DNA of 64,000 nt from Massalongia carnosa (lineage: Eukaryota): NCBI GenBank assembly GCA_965645245.1, contig OZ287068.1, forward strand, positions 3,534,001-3,598,000, in the 5' to 3' direction. The notes beneath the pieces are model-generated. The model saw only the letters and a program-made list of their open reading frames with translations, made no database searches and was not told the DNA's origin. The position numbers were made by a program, and so were the translations under genes. This document shows, in pieces, positions 34,900 to 45,326 of the stretch. Position 1 is the stretch's first letter. Each line of letters opens with the position of its first letter.

Positions 34900-37800
34900 C
34901 TTGTGTTTATTGCTATTCTAGTGTTTTGGCAAAGTCCTGACCCTAGGGTGTGGCATGACACCGTTGGTGCGCCGTCCGCACCGGGTACGGAGCCGCAACG
35001 GGTAGGCTACGGGGTCCATGGACGCTGTAGATGCGAACCCTGGGGTCAAGACATACTCCCAAAACCCCAAAACCGTGTTTCTCGCAGAGGAATGGTGTAG
35101 AGCGTGCGAAGTCTCGCGATGGTGTGGGTGCGGTGCGCATGTGGTGAGGGTTCGGGTAAGGTGCGGGACATGTGGTATTCAGCCTCTTTGATGTATGTCG
35201 TCTCGAGGCATTCTGTATGATTGAGGGATTTGTGTGTATGTATAATCAGTAGGCGTCTGATTTCCAGCGTCCTAGCAGCTTGATTTCATCCTCGTTTAGG
35301 CCGGCGTTTTTCGCGGAGGTGGCGGCCCCTCTCCGAAAGGAGTGACCTGAATAATTTCCCTGATATCCCTTGTCTTTTAGAACGTCTCGTAATGCTTTAG
35401 TGACAAAATTTCGCATGAAAGCTTTTTTTGGATAGAACATAGGTTGGGTGAGATCTGTTGGAAAACGTTCGATCAGATTTCTCAATGATCGGACTGGGCA
35501 GGCTTCGTCGTTGACGGCCGCTACTGTAACTGTGACCCCTTGTCGGAAGGGATCCGTCTTGGAGGCGGGAAGGGTCAGCTGTAATCTGTCCTCGCTCAGT
35601 AATAGTGAACCTCTGGTTATGTGCCATTGGGCAAAGTCGTCTCCCCACATGTTTTCTTCCCATGTGAATTCTCCGATACGTAAGAAGGCCGCGTGCCGTA
35701 TGGCTCCCCTTAAGGAATTTTGATCAAAAGTACTAACGATCTCTTCTAGGATGGATCGGGTTATAGGACGACATTCTCGCGGCTGGGCGGCGGGACGGAG
35801 CCGGCGTATGCCTGCCACGATTCTCTCTAGTTGGGGATGATGGAAAATGTCTAATTCGGCCTTCGACGCGCCTCGGTCGACTTGATAAGATCTGATGCCG
35901 CTTAAATATTGTTTTATGGTTTTTGGGTTAATTCCCTTGTCGCCTAAATGAGCTGCCCAGTCGCATAATGAGCGAATGGACGGAGGAAAGGGGACGTGAT
36001 TCCATATCACGCAGTATTCGGTGTAGCTTCGTCGTGCCTGCTCGTACGATATTCTAGTCCCTACAGCTAGGCCCCACCATAGATATCTCGCTGCTGAGTT
36101 TGACAGTTCTTGGTTTTGGAACCAGTGTTCCGGTGGTTCACCGATTGTGCCCCGTGGGCTAACGTCAAGTCCTGTAGTAAAGGATAGTTGTCAGCAATTT
36201 TGTTCCATTGACCGCGGGAAAGTATATCTGCCAGAGTATTCTCTCTTGATGAGATCCAATGTGATTCAATGACGATGTCATGTAATGCTAGTAGCATGGC
36301 AATATCCCGTAGGGGTTTCATGGCCGGGCCGCGTATGGAGCCGATGCGTAGTCCATTTACGACCGCTTGATTGTCGCCATATATGACGAGTTTGGATCCT
36401 TTAAAATAGGTAACCATTTGCGCAGTGCGTGTAATACAGCCATCATTTCTTTGGCATTGATGATATGTTTCTTCATTTCTCTGGACGAGGTCCTATCGAG
36501 AATACTTCAGTGCGTGTAATACAGCCATCATTTCTTTGACATTGATATGTTTCTTCATGTCTCTGGACGAGGTCCTTATCGAGAATACTTCGGCGGACGA
36601 GACTAGAGATTCCTTTGAATGTCCTTCGTCGATCGTTCCGACTATTTTGCTATGCGCCATGCGTGACGCGGCATGTTCCCGGACGAGGTCCGGTGAACCT
36701 TTGATACCTCGAGCAGATGCAGCGAGAAATTCTTTGGAATTTTCTTCGTCTGTCATCCCGGCCATCCGCATCGAAGACACCTCGGCAGATACCTCCAGAA
36801 ATTCGCTGTAATTTCCTTCTTCGGTTATCTCGGTTGTCCCGGACTTAAAGGTGCACATTGCGATGTCCCCGGACGAGGTCCGTATGGCTGACGTCTCGGC
36901 AGGTGTGACTTAGGAATTCGTTGAAATTCTCGTCGTCTATCACCCCGAATATCCCCTGAGACTGCGAAGCCCGGACATCTTGTATCCTCAACTCGTTGTC
37001 TGAAGACGTCTCGAAAGAGATTGAGTTCTTCTTCTTTGAAGGCATCCAATGCGAGGGTCTCGTAAGAACACCTCGTCTTGGGAGAGATACCTCGGCAAAC
37101 GCACGCTGTGTTTCGGTTGTCTCTAGTGTTTGTGTATGTGAATGACGAGAAAGCGTGCCCGCTTCGGTGGAGTGTGGGGTTCGGTGCACCGAATAGTACC
37201 CGCCCATTCCCCATGTTCCCGAAGCGTCTGTCCATAGACGAATTTCCTCTCTAGTGTTCAGCGATCGTAAGATTTGAACGCCGTTCCATCGGGGCAAGAA
37301 GTATTGCCACCATAATAGATCTAGTCGCATGTCACCGGCTTTCCGGATCCGACCCGTGTCTTCACCGAGGGCGGTAAATAGGCGGCGTAAGAAGGCTCTG
37401 CCTGGTTTGACCACTTTGGCCGCAAATGATAGAAACCCCAGAAGGGAATGTAGTTCGTCTTTGGACATATAGTCTTGCGTCAATGCGCTGTTGACCCATT
37501 CGATGGCCTTTTTTAATTTGTCGGGAGGTAGGCGGGCCTCCATGCGTTGGGTGTCTAGTGTTAACCCGAGAAAATCGCAGATTTGCCCCGTCTCTCCTTT
37601 GATGCGTTTATACGCATGCCCAACTCGTCGCACAACGTGTCGAACGCGGACTCGTAACGGGATGCCTCCTCGCTCGTCTGGACAATCGCGAGGAAGTCAT
37701 CTAAATAATGTAGGACTAGCTAGTTCTGAACGACTAATATCCAGTTTATTCCCTTCGCGAAGAGATCGAAGATAAATAGAGAGGTACGAAGACCAAATGG

Positions 37801-39580
37801 GAGGAAGATATCCATCCAATAAGAATTGTTCCACTGAAAACCCAGTAGCCACCAGTCCGCTCTTGCGACGGGTATGTGCCGGAAGGCGTCCGCGAGGTCG
37901 CGTTTTACGAGGTATGCTCCTCTTCCGACGTCAAGAAGAGCTTCTAGTGCTTCGTCAAATGACGTGTACTCTAGGGCACCCCATTTAGCGGGAATGTGAT
38001 AATTGACCGAGCCCTTGCGTGGATGAGACAGATGATGAATTCTTCGCCATTTGCCATTCGGCTTGGGGACGAGGCCCAGTGGGGAGGACATAAAGTGAGG
38101 CGGTGGTTCCCGTTCGGGTACTACACGGTGAAGTTGAATCTATTCGTCCAGATATTTGGACAACACCTCGGGTGCATCTTTGGCAGAAGATAGGTTCGGG
38201 CTTATGATACGCTGTTTTGGCCCTGTGTAGCCAATCCTTGCCCCACATCGAATGATGTTAAGAATTGTCCTTCTATAGCCACTGTCTGGATGTTTCGTCA
38301 ATCGTCGTTTCCATCCCGCTGACTTAAGTGGGCATCGTACCTCGTCAGCATCCGCGTCGGTGTCTATCCGATATGGAAAATCCTCGAGAGAGCGCTTGAG
38401 ACGGATAGTCAACTGGGCTTGCTTTGCTGTGGAGGATATGGATTGACGCGCATGCGACAATCGCGTTGCGTATGGTGGCGTCCGCATGACGCGCAAACGT
38501 GACGAAATGTGCAGTTGCTTGGACAATCGCTGCCGTTATTGTATTGTCTGCACGCTGCTATGCCGAGTTGATCGTCTTGACTTGACGTGCGTTGAACGAG
38601 CAAATTCGTGCTCTGTGTTCGACGAGGATTGGGGCCAGCGTTGTAATCGATTTTTCGACGGAGATTTCGTTTTTCTAAACCTCTGTTCGGGGTCAGCCAA
38701 CCGCGCGGGTCGTCCACGCCCTCCACGAGGCGGGCTTTATGAAAGCCGAAGTGGAATTGACGAATTGATTCGAACGTGTATAGAAGAGACCATCCTAGCA
38801 ATTGATCGATTTAGACGTGCATTGCCACTTGTAGTTCCATTTGTGTGCCCGCGTGAGCGATGTGAATGACGATTTGACAGTATATGAGAAACGCGCGAAG
38901 AAGATGTGTGATTCCTCGTGCGTCCGAGGCCAGGGCGTCCTCTTACCGATATTCAACCTCAGCATGAAATGTCGTGAACGCGCTCGGTCTCGCTGGTAGT
39001 ATTAAAGAATTTGTGGGTGGTGCGGATTCTGTGCGTGACAGCACCGCTTCGTCTCTGAGACTTAATATCTCGCGTTTGAGCTCTGCCTCCTCTTGCTCGA
39101 TTTCTCTGGCTTTTGCTTCGGCTCGTAGCCTTTCGGCTTCCGCCCTGAGGGCCGCGCGACGGTCTGGAGGCGGGATTGCCTCGGGGGAGGAATGGCGTTA
39201 CTCATTTTCTATTGTAGCCTCTCTAGAGTCTGATTGAGGTGTGACTCGGCCTCCCCGGCGTGTGCCTCTGCCTCGACCCCGACTGCCGGTCGCACCACGG
39301 GGAGGAATCGTCTGGCGATTCTCTCGCCCGCTTTGACTGCGTGTGTTCATGATGTGAATAGAATATGAATAATATGTTTGAGTATGTGTGAGTGTGTGTG
39401 TGTAGAAACAGCGAAACACGATTTTTGATGAGTGTTGATGAGGAAAGAGAGAAGAGCTGGGGGGATGGAGGAGGTGAAGAGTTTTTCACCTCCCTGCTAG
39501 CGTCCGGCCCTATCTCGCTTACACGTCTGGTGCCGTCCGTCACGGTGACAACTTCACTAGCCCCCAGCAAGCTGGTGCGT
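34900..39580 (-). mobile_element. Ngaro-type YR retrotransposon 3, frameshifted, with a repetitive insertion in RNase H (ends approximate)
   Basis: gag from ~39350 (MNTRSQ; CRQYNNGSDCPSNCTFRHVCASCGRHH), RT 37720-38350 (WRRIHHLSHP, LPFGLRTS), RNase H 36067-37633, YR 35246-36100 (HSFRRG, GRWKSDAY). Confidence 0.88.
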
Positions 39581-39952
39581 AATGAAGAACCAAATAGCTT
39601 CCTTTAACAAAGAAGAGCCATTTTTAACCGTCATACTCGCATTAAAGAGCCCTCTACTTTGGAAGACGCAGTTGTCAAAACTCAATTTCTCGATAATGCG
39701 GCCGTTGTAGTCAGCATTGAAAATATATTGAGAAGTTGCACAGCAAGCTCGACAAGTTAAAATGACGCACTTGCGATGTATGTAATAAGATTGACTTCGG
39801 TAGAGGCGAAGAAACTATCGATGGGTTGAACGAATTTTGAAAATGACATGTACCTAGGTACAGCGCCTTCCAACTTGGCCCATTTATCTATCACTAAAGA
39901 GATGCTAATTGTCCGAGCCCATACACTTATAAAGTTTCGTTGTGTGAAAGGA

Positions 39953-40852
39953 TGTCAATATAAGAAAAGTGGTCATGTTGTAGAAGTATGAGGTTATTCA
40001 TTGTTGTTATATTAATGATTCTATGACTCTACTTCTAAGGTCTAAAATCATCCTAGTCTAGGATGCGTGCCGCATACCGGAATAGGTCTACTGTTACACG
40101 TGACCATAATAATGTCTAGCGCCATAGATTGGTATCCAACACATGTGGTCAATTTCATGCCAAATACGGCGAAGATAATCAATTCGTTGTATGGGTGGCA
40201 CGGAAGTCAGGTGACAGATAGTTCTTTTCCTTTAAATACAGAGCTGAAACAACACAAAGCATCAACACATGCAGTTCACATACAGAGACACGATGCACGA
40301 GGCACGAGGCATACAGTGACTAGTCTAGCTATTTTTTTTATTCTACTGTCTTGTTCTTCTCCTAACCTCCTAGCAGTAGTGGTATAAAAAGGCAGTATAG
40401 TAATATATAGTCAATAGAAGATAGAACGCTTGCTTTTGTTCTATATATTGGGAATACGTTGTGGAAGGAGGAACTGGGTGGTGTGCGTGGTCCACTACTG
40501 CTAGGAGTGCAAGAGAACAAATAAACAAGAGAAGAACAGAACAATAGAATAAGAACAATAGCTAGACTGATCACTGTAAGCCTCGCGCCTCGTGCCTGAT
40601 GCCTCGTGCCTGTGAACTGTATGTGTTGATGCTATGTGTTGTAGCTATTGCTACGAGCATGCTTGCTCCAAAAGGAAAAGAACTATCTATAACTAAGCTA
40701 AAAGAAAGACTGTCACCTGACTTCCCCGCTACCTTTACCGAGTATCAGCCGAAAAGAACCAACTCCCGAACCGCTAGCAATTTGAATCTAGAGTATCACC
40801 GCTCCACCCCCCTACATAGTTCCCCTCTCTCTTTAGGTGTCGACCCCTGACA
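39953..40852 (-). mobile_element. 900-bp LTR-like segment, probable 3' LTR of Gypsy 1, containing a long inverted repeat
   Basis: TGTCA...TGACA termini; purine-rich tract adjoins it on the Gypsy side; no matching second LTR or TSD found. Confidence 0.55.
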
Positions 40853-40865
40853 CCTATCACTGTTC

Positions 40866-41381
40866 CTACTCCACCGTTCGCTTCATTCCGGCCTCAGCAA
40901 ACTCTAACTCCTCCTCATCCAGCTCGGGTCCCGGAGTCGTATCAATGTCATCAGAGATGTGAGGAATAGGCCTGCCATGTGACTCTCGCTTTAACCGAAA
41001 AGATGACCTAGTCCCAAAGTCCTCTTCCTCTGCTTTCTTCACATGCTGAAACATAATAGTGGCCTCCTTGAGTGTTCGATTCCTCCATTCTCCAACTGCC
41101 CGTGACAGTTGGGCCATATCCACCTCCTCAATTACATCGTCTTATTGAGCTTTGAACTCTTCTTCTTTCATCGCCGAGGCCCAGGCATCATTCTGTATGA
41201 CATAGTCATAATATTCCACTATGCTATCCCCTAGCATATGCTGGAACTCTATTAGCTGCGATTCTATGGTCCTCTGTCCCTCGTATCGGTCTGCTGGGGT
41301 CAATGTCTCAAGAAAAGCTAGTGCGTCTGTCATGCGGTGGAAGCGGTCATTTCCTAGGACAATGACTAATTGGAAAGACAT
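40866..41381 (-). pseudogene. Extra ORF downstream of Gypsy 1 pol, unknown function, one in-frame stop
   Basis: ORFs 41142-41381 and 40866-41123 are in the same frame separated by one TAA; ~170 aa, acidic. Confidence 0.45.
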
Positions 41382-41738
41382 GCCAAAAGATGTAAGGCAA
41401 GTAAGGTAAGATAAATTGTTCCAAGTTATCGAGTAGCTTGCTGACTTTCGCTTAGATAAGAAGTTGAGCTTAGCAGAGATGTTTGGTGATAGGAAGATAG
41501 TATATGTGCTGATCAGGTAGGTAGTAAAAGCTAGATAATTTGCTGAGTTCTGCTAGTATGGAAAAGGTAAAACATGGAGGTGAGGATTCGGAAGATGGCA
41601 ATTTCGACTAAGGTTGGTGAAGTTTTCGGTGAATTTTGGTAAGTGTGAAATGAAACTATTCCGAAGGTTCGTGTGCTTCCTCCGCTGACAATATGCATTT
41701 TACTAAGGAAATTCGATCGATATAGGTAGTCGGATATG

Positions 41739-44700
41739 TCAATTTTCCACCGTCTCCATCGCATCAGCACGTCTGCTAGGAATCACTACTGCCATTAGCC
41801 AGCCAGGTGGAATCATGGACTGTCGGTCGTCCTCGTCCCCCCCATGGTTTATAGTCGGCCCCTGACTATTATGTTGCTCAGGTTCTTCTATCGGAGGTAA
41901 GTTAATATTTTGCCGAGCATGAAATGGTTTCAGTCGATTTCCTGCAAAGGTTCCAGCTAATAGGGTGCCGTCTAGTTCACATAGTTTGTAAGTTCCCTTA
42001 TCAACAATTGTTTGTTGAATTTTATATGGTCCCAACCACCTGAACGTTATTTTGCCTGTGTGTTGATTGTCTAAATTAGTGTCGTGCAAAAGAATTAATT
42101 GACCCTCGGTGAGTTCAATTGATCTCAGATTGTTCAGAGTGTCAAAGGTCTCTTTGCCTTCCATTCTTTGTCTTTGCAGGAATAAAGCTGTCTCTTCCAT
42201 GTCTTCGTCCCTTCGCTGTATTAGTCTCGCACGCATAGCTAGCAATTCGTCTGTTGTATGAACTTCATTCCATGGTAATATTCTCCATGTTGGAATTTCC
42301 AGTTCAATTGGTAGAACAGCCTCATTGCCGCTATTCAGATAGAAAGGTGTGTTGCCGGTGCTAGCACGAACTGTCGTACGGTCGGCCCATAGTACTGCAG
42401 GAAGATTATCAACCCATTTGCCCATGCCTCCATTTGTCATTTTGGATAATGCTTGAACAACTGGCCGATGTCCCCGTTCTATCATGCCATTGGCTTGCGG
42501 ATGATAGGAAGAAACAACTACTCTTTTGATACCATATCGATTTGCTAATTCGATAACAGCATCTTTGTTTTCTGGTCCACCATCAACAATCAGTTTTCCG
42601 AAGCACCCATGTCTGCATATAACATCTTCCCACAAGAATCTCGCGACATTCTGAGCGGTAGCTTTTCCTAGTGCTCTACCCTCGACCCATCCGGAAAAGT
42701 CATCTCTGGCCATAACAATATAGTGCTTGCCTCGACAAGCTGGCATGTGGACCACGTCTAAGCCAACCTTCTGCCACATGAAGGTAACCCATATCGGATG
42801 AAGTGCTTCCTCGAGCCTAGTGGGGTCACGTTTCTGACATTCCTCGCAGGACCGAACATAGCCTTTTACATCATCGTGCAATTGTTCCCACCAGTACCTG
42901 TCTGCTATGCGTCTGTATGTGCCCTCTCTGCCTCTATGTCCACTTTCGTCATGCAGCTGTTTCAATATTTCCAACTTCCGCTCATCGGAGTCTATCACTC
43001 TCCTGGAAGGTACGTTCTTGCTGTTTCGTCTATAAAGATGGCCATCTTGTACTCGATAGCGCAAGGCCTCGCTCTTAAACGCTCTAAACTCTTTGCGGTT
43101 TAGTCCAACCGGCTTTTGTAGTGATGTTAGAAATGCAGCGATTCTCTCGGACTTATCACTATATCCGGCCTTTAGCACTTTTTCGTCTGGCACCTCGTCT
43201 GCGGAGTTAACGGAAATTGGACAGGCCCTTAGTGAATTCAGTTCGGCATCTATGAAGTCGTCTATGTCTTGCTCCTGCTGTTCGGCCCGAATTTCTTCCT
43301 CAGTATGAGGTCGTCTAGACAGTCCATCTGCTGCCGTATGTTTTCGGCCAGAAACATGTTTGACCTCGAAGTCAAACAGTCGTATCCATGCTATCCATCG
43401 GACTATCAGAGCACCAGGCAAATCGGTACAAGCTCCATTCAATTGCGCCACTAGGACGTTGGCGTCTGTCTCCAACACAAAGTGAACTCCATATAGCCAG
43501 TGCCTTGTCTTTTTCAATGCCTTTAGAACGCCTCGACACTCTCGCTTGGTTGCATCATATCGTTGTTCCACCTCGCTCCATACTCCGCTTTCGTACCGAA
43601 TGGGGTGACGCTTGCCATCAAAGATTTGCATCAGTACAGCGCCCCATCCTTTCAAACTCGCATCCACAGCCAATATGATAAGTCCAGCTAGCTCGCTATA
43701 GTCAATGGTCTTTAGTGCTGGCGGAGATGTCAGAGCTATCTTCAGCAAGTCCATTGCCTCGGTTTGTTCCATGCCCCATACAAAAGCAGCATCTTTCTTC
43801 AGCAGACGATATATTGGTTCAGCAACAATGGCAAAGTCCAATATCCATATGCGATAGTACACACACACACCTATAAAAGCACGAGCGGAAGAAGCGTCGG
43901 TGCATATCGGCCACTCTAGAATTTTGATAACCTTAGCGGTGTCCGGATGTCTACCATCGGAGTCGGTCACAAATCCTACTATCTTCAGACCGGCCATGCA
44001 AAATTGCGACTTTTCTCCGGAGATAGTGCATCCAGCCCTTTCTATGTCCGCGAGTACCCCATCTAGCCACATGAGATGTTCAAGCACGTACTTTCTGATG
44101 CCCGGTGCCACTTCTTCACCACCATAATCAGTCTTCGGCCCCTTCACTCCGATGTCATCAAGGAAAGGTTTAGCACGGTTCGGAATGTGGTCCTGCAGTA
44201 TCTTTGTCACTACCCGTACGAACTGTGCAACCGAATTGGTAGCTCCCATTGGTATAGATTTCATTCGCAATAGTCCTATTGGTGTCATGAAGGCGGTCAT
44301 GTCTCGACTATGAACATCGAGTTCCATTTGGTCATATCCTGAAAACAAGTCGATCAAGGAAGCGATGTGGCAGCCAGCAAAGTCCTCTGAGAATTCGTCT
44401 ACCGAAGGTGGCAGATTTGCGTCTCGGATGGTCACTTTGTTCATGTCTAGGGCCGCATTAATTAATCGGTACTTATTTTTCTCTTTCTTCTTCACTATGA
44501 ACCATGGATTTCGATAGGGACCATGACAAGGTTCCAACGTTCCTCGCTGCAGTCGGTCCTTCAGCATCTCTATCACCATCGGTACCAGGGCCCTTGGCAA
44601 TGGGAATGATGGGGTCTGCCATGCCTCATGTGGAATAGTGTTAATTTTACATGGTGGAGACACCTCAGGTTTGACTCTGCCCATCTCGGAAAACTCCCAT

Positions 44701-45326
44701 GACAGCGCTGCTTCTCGGTTGTATAACATCTGGGTCAACACTTCTTTCTCAGCAGACGTCATACTGTCGCCCACTGTCATCCGCTGCAGCCGTTCCGGTG
44801 TCAATCGTGAGCCTTTGAATATTGTCGAGAACTTTGGAATTAGCCAATCAGGGAACTTTTCTGACTTTGGTAGGCCTCTCTCTTTCTCTAGCGCCTTCGC
44901 TTTCCAATCTGCTATTCCACCTGGTGTGGTGCCATCCGACTGGTCAGAATTCACTGGTCGAACCTTGACTGCCTTCCGTTTGTATGCCGTATCAACTCTC
45001 ACACTACTCCGTCGCCCGAACACCCTGTTCTGATTGATCGTGTACATGTCGAATTTCCGAGAAAACCTCAGAGCCGAAAGTCCGACCGAGCCAATTGCAC
45101 GCGACGGTGTGATGGCGCGAACATAGTGGTCCATCGCCGCCTCTTCCGCACTAGTCGCTGTAGGAGTTAGGGCTATTTGATTTAATAGGCCGGGCCTGTT
45201 AAATGGAATGGAAGATTTATTCTCCGATAGTCCAACCCTAAAACTCGACACTTTCGCTCTCTCCAGGTTTTTATTACTGCTACCAGCCATGGACCTGTTC
45301 TGCACATGGTGGCTAGCTAGTTTAAA
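41739..45326 (-). CDS. pol: Ty3/Gypsy element 1 RT-RNase H-integrase (no chromodomain seen)
   Basis: DLFSGYDQ, PMGATNS, FLDD, AVDAS, ADGLSR, HDESGH..CEEC, YHPQANGMIERGHR, WLGPY. Confidence 0.95.
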   Translation of the reverse strand, partial: FKLASHHVQNRSMAGSSNKNLERAKVSSFRVGLSENKSSIPFNRPGLLNQIALTPTATSAEEAAMDHYVRAITPSRAIGSVGLSALRFSRKFDMYTINQNRVFGRRSSVRVDTAYKRKAVKVRPVNSDQSDGTTPGGIADWKAKALEKERGLPKSEKFPDWLIPKFSTIFKGSRLTPERLQRMTVGDSMTSAEKEVLTQMLYNREAALSWEFSEMGRVKPEVSPPCKINTIPHEAWQTPSFPLPRALVPMVIEMLKDRLQRGTLEPCHGPYRNPWFIVKKKEKNKYRLINAALDMNKVTIRDANLPPSVDEFSEDFAGCHIASLIDLFSGYDQMELDVHSRDMTAFMTPIGLLRMKSIPMGATNSVAQFVRVVTKILQDHIPNRAKPFLDDIGVKGPKTDYGGEEVAPGIRKYVLEHLMWLDGVLADIERAGCTISGEKSQFCMAGLKIVGFVTDSDGRHPDTAKVIKILEWPICTDASSARAFIGVCVYYRIWILDFAIVAEPIYRLLKKDAAFVWGMEQTEAMDLLKIALTSPPALKTIDYSELAGLIILAVDASLKGWGAVLMQIFDGKRHPIRYESGVWSEVEQRYDATKRECRGVLKALKKTRHWLYGVHFVLETDANVLVAQLNGACTDLPGALIVRWIAWIRLFDFEVKHVSGRKHTAADGLSRRPHTEEEIRAEQQEQDIDDFIDAELNSLRACPISVNSADEVPDEKVLKAGYSDKSERIAAFLTSLQKPVGLNRKEFRAFKSEALRYRVQDGHLYRRNSKNVPSRRVIDSDERKLEILKQLHDESGHRGREGTYRRIADRYWWEQLHDDVKGYVRSCEECQKRDPTRLEEALHPIWVTFMWQKVGLDVVHMPACRGKHYIVMARDDFSGWVEGRALGKATAQNVARFLWEDVICRHGCFGKLIVDGGPENKDAVIELANRYGIKRVVVSSYHPQANGMIERGHRPVVQALSKMTNGGMGKWVDNLPAVLWADRTTVRASTGNTPFYLNSGNEAVLPIELEIPTWRILPWNEVHTTDELLAMRARLIQRRDEDMEETALFLQRQRMEGKETFDTLNNLRSIELTEGQLILLHDTNLDNQHTGKITFRWLGPYKIQQTIVDKGTYKLCELDGTLLAGTFAGNRLKPFHARQNINLPPIEEPEQHNSQGPTINHGGDEDDRQSMIPPGWLMAVVIPSRRADAMETVEN

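Noticed and set aside
39600..39950. Possible gene remnant between Ngaro 3 and the LTR
   Set aside because: No motif I can recognise.
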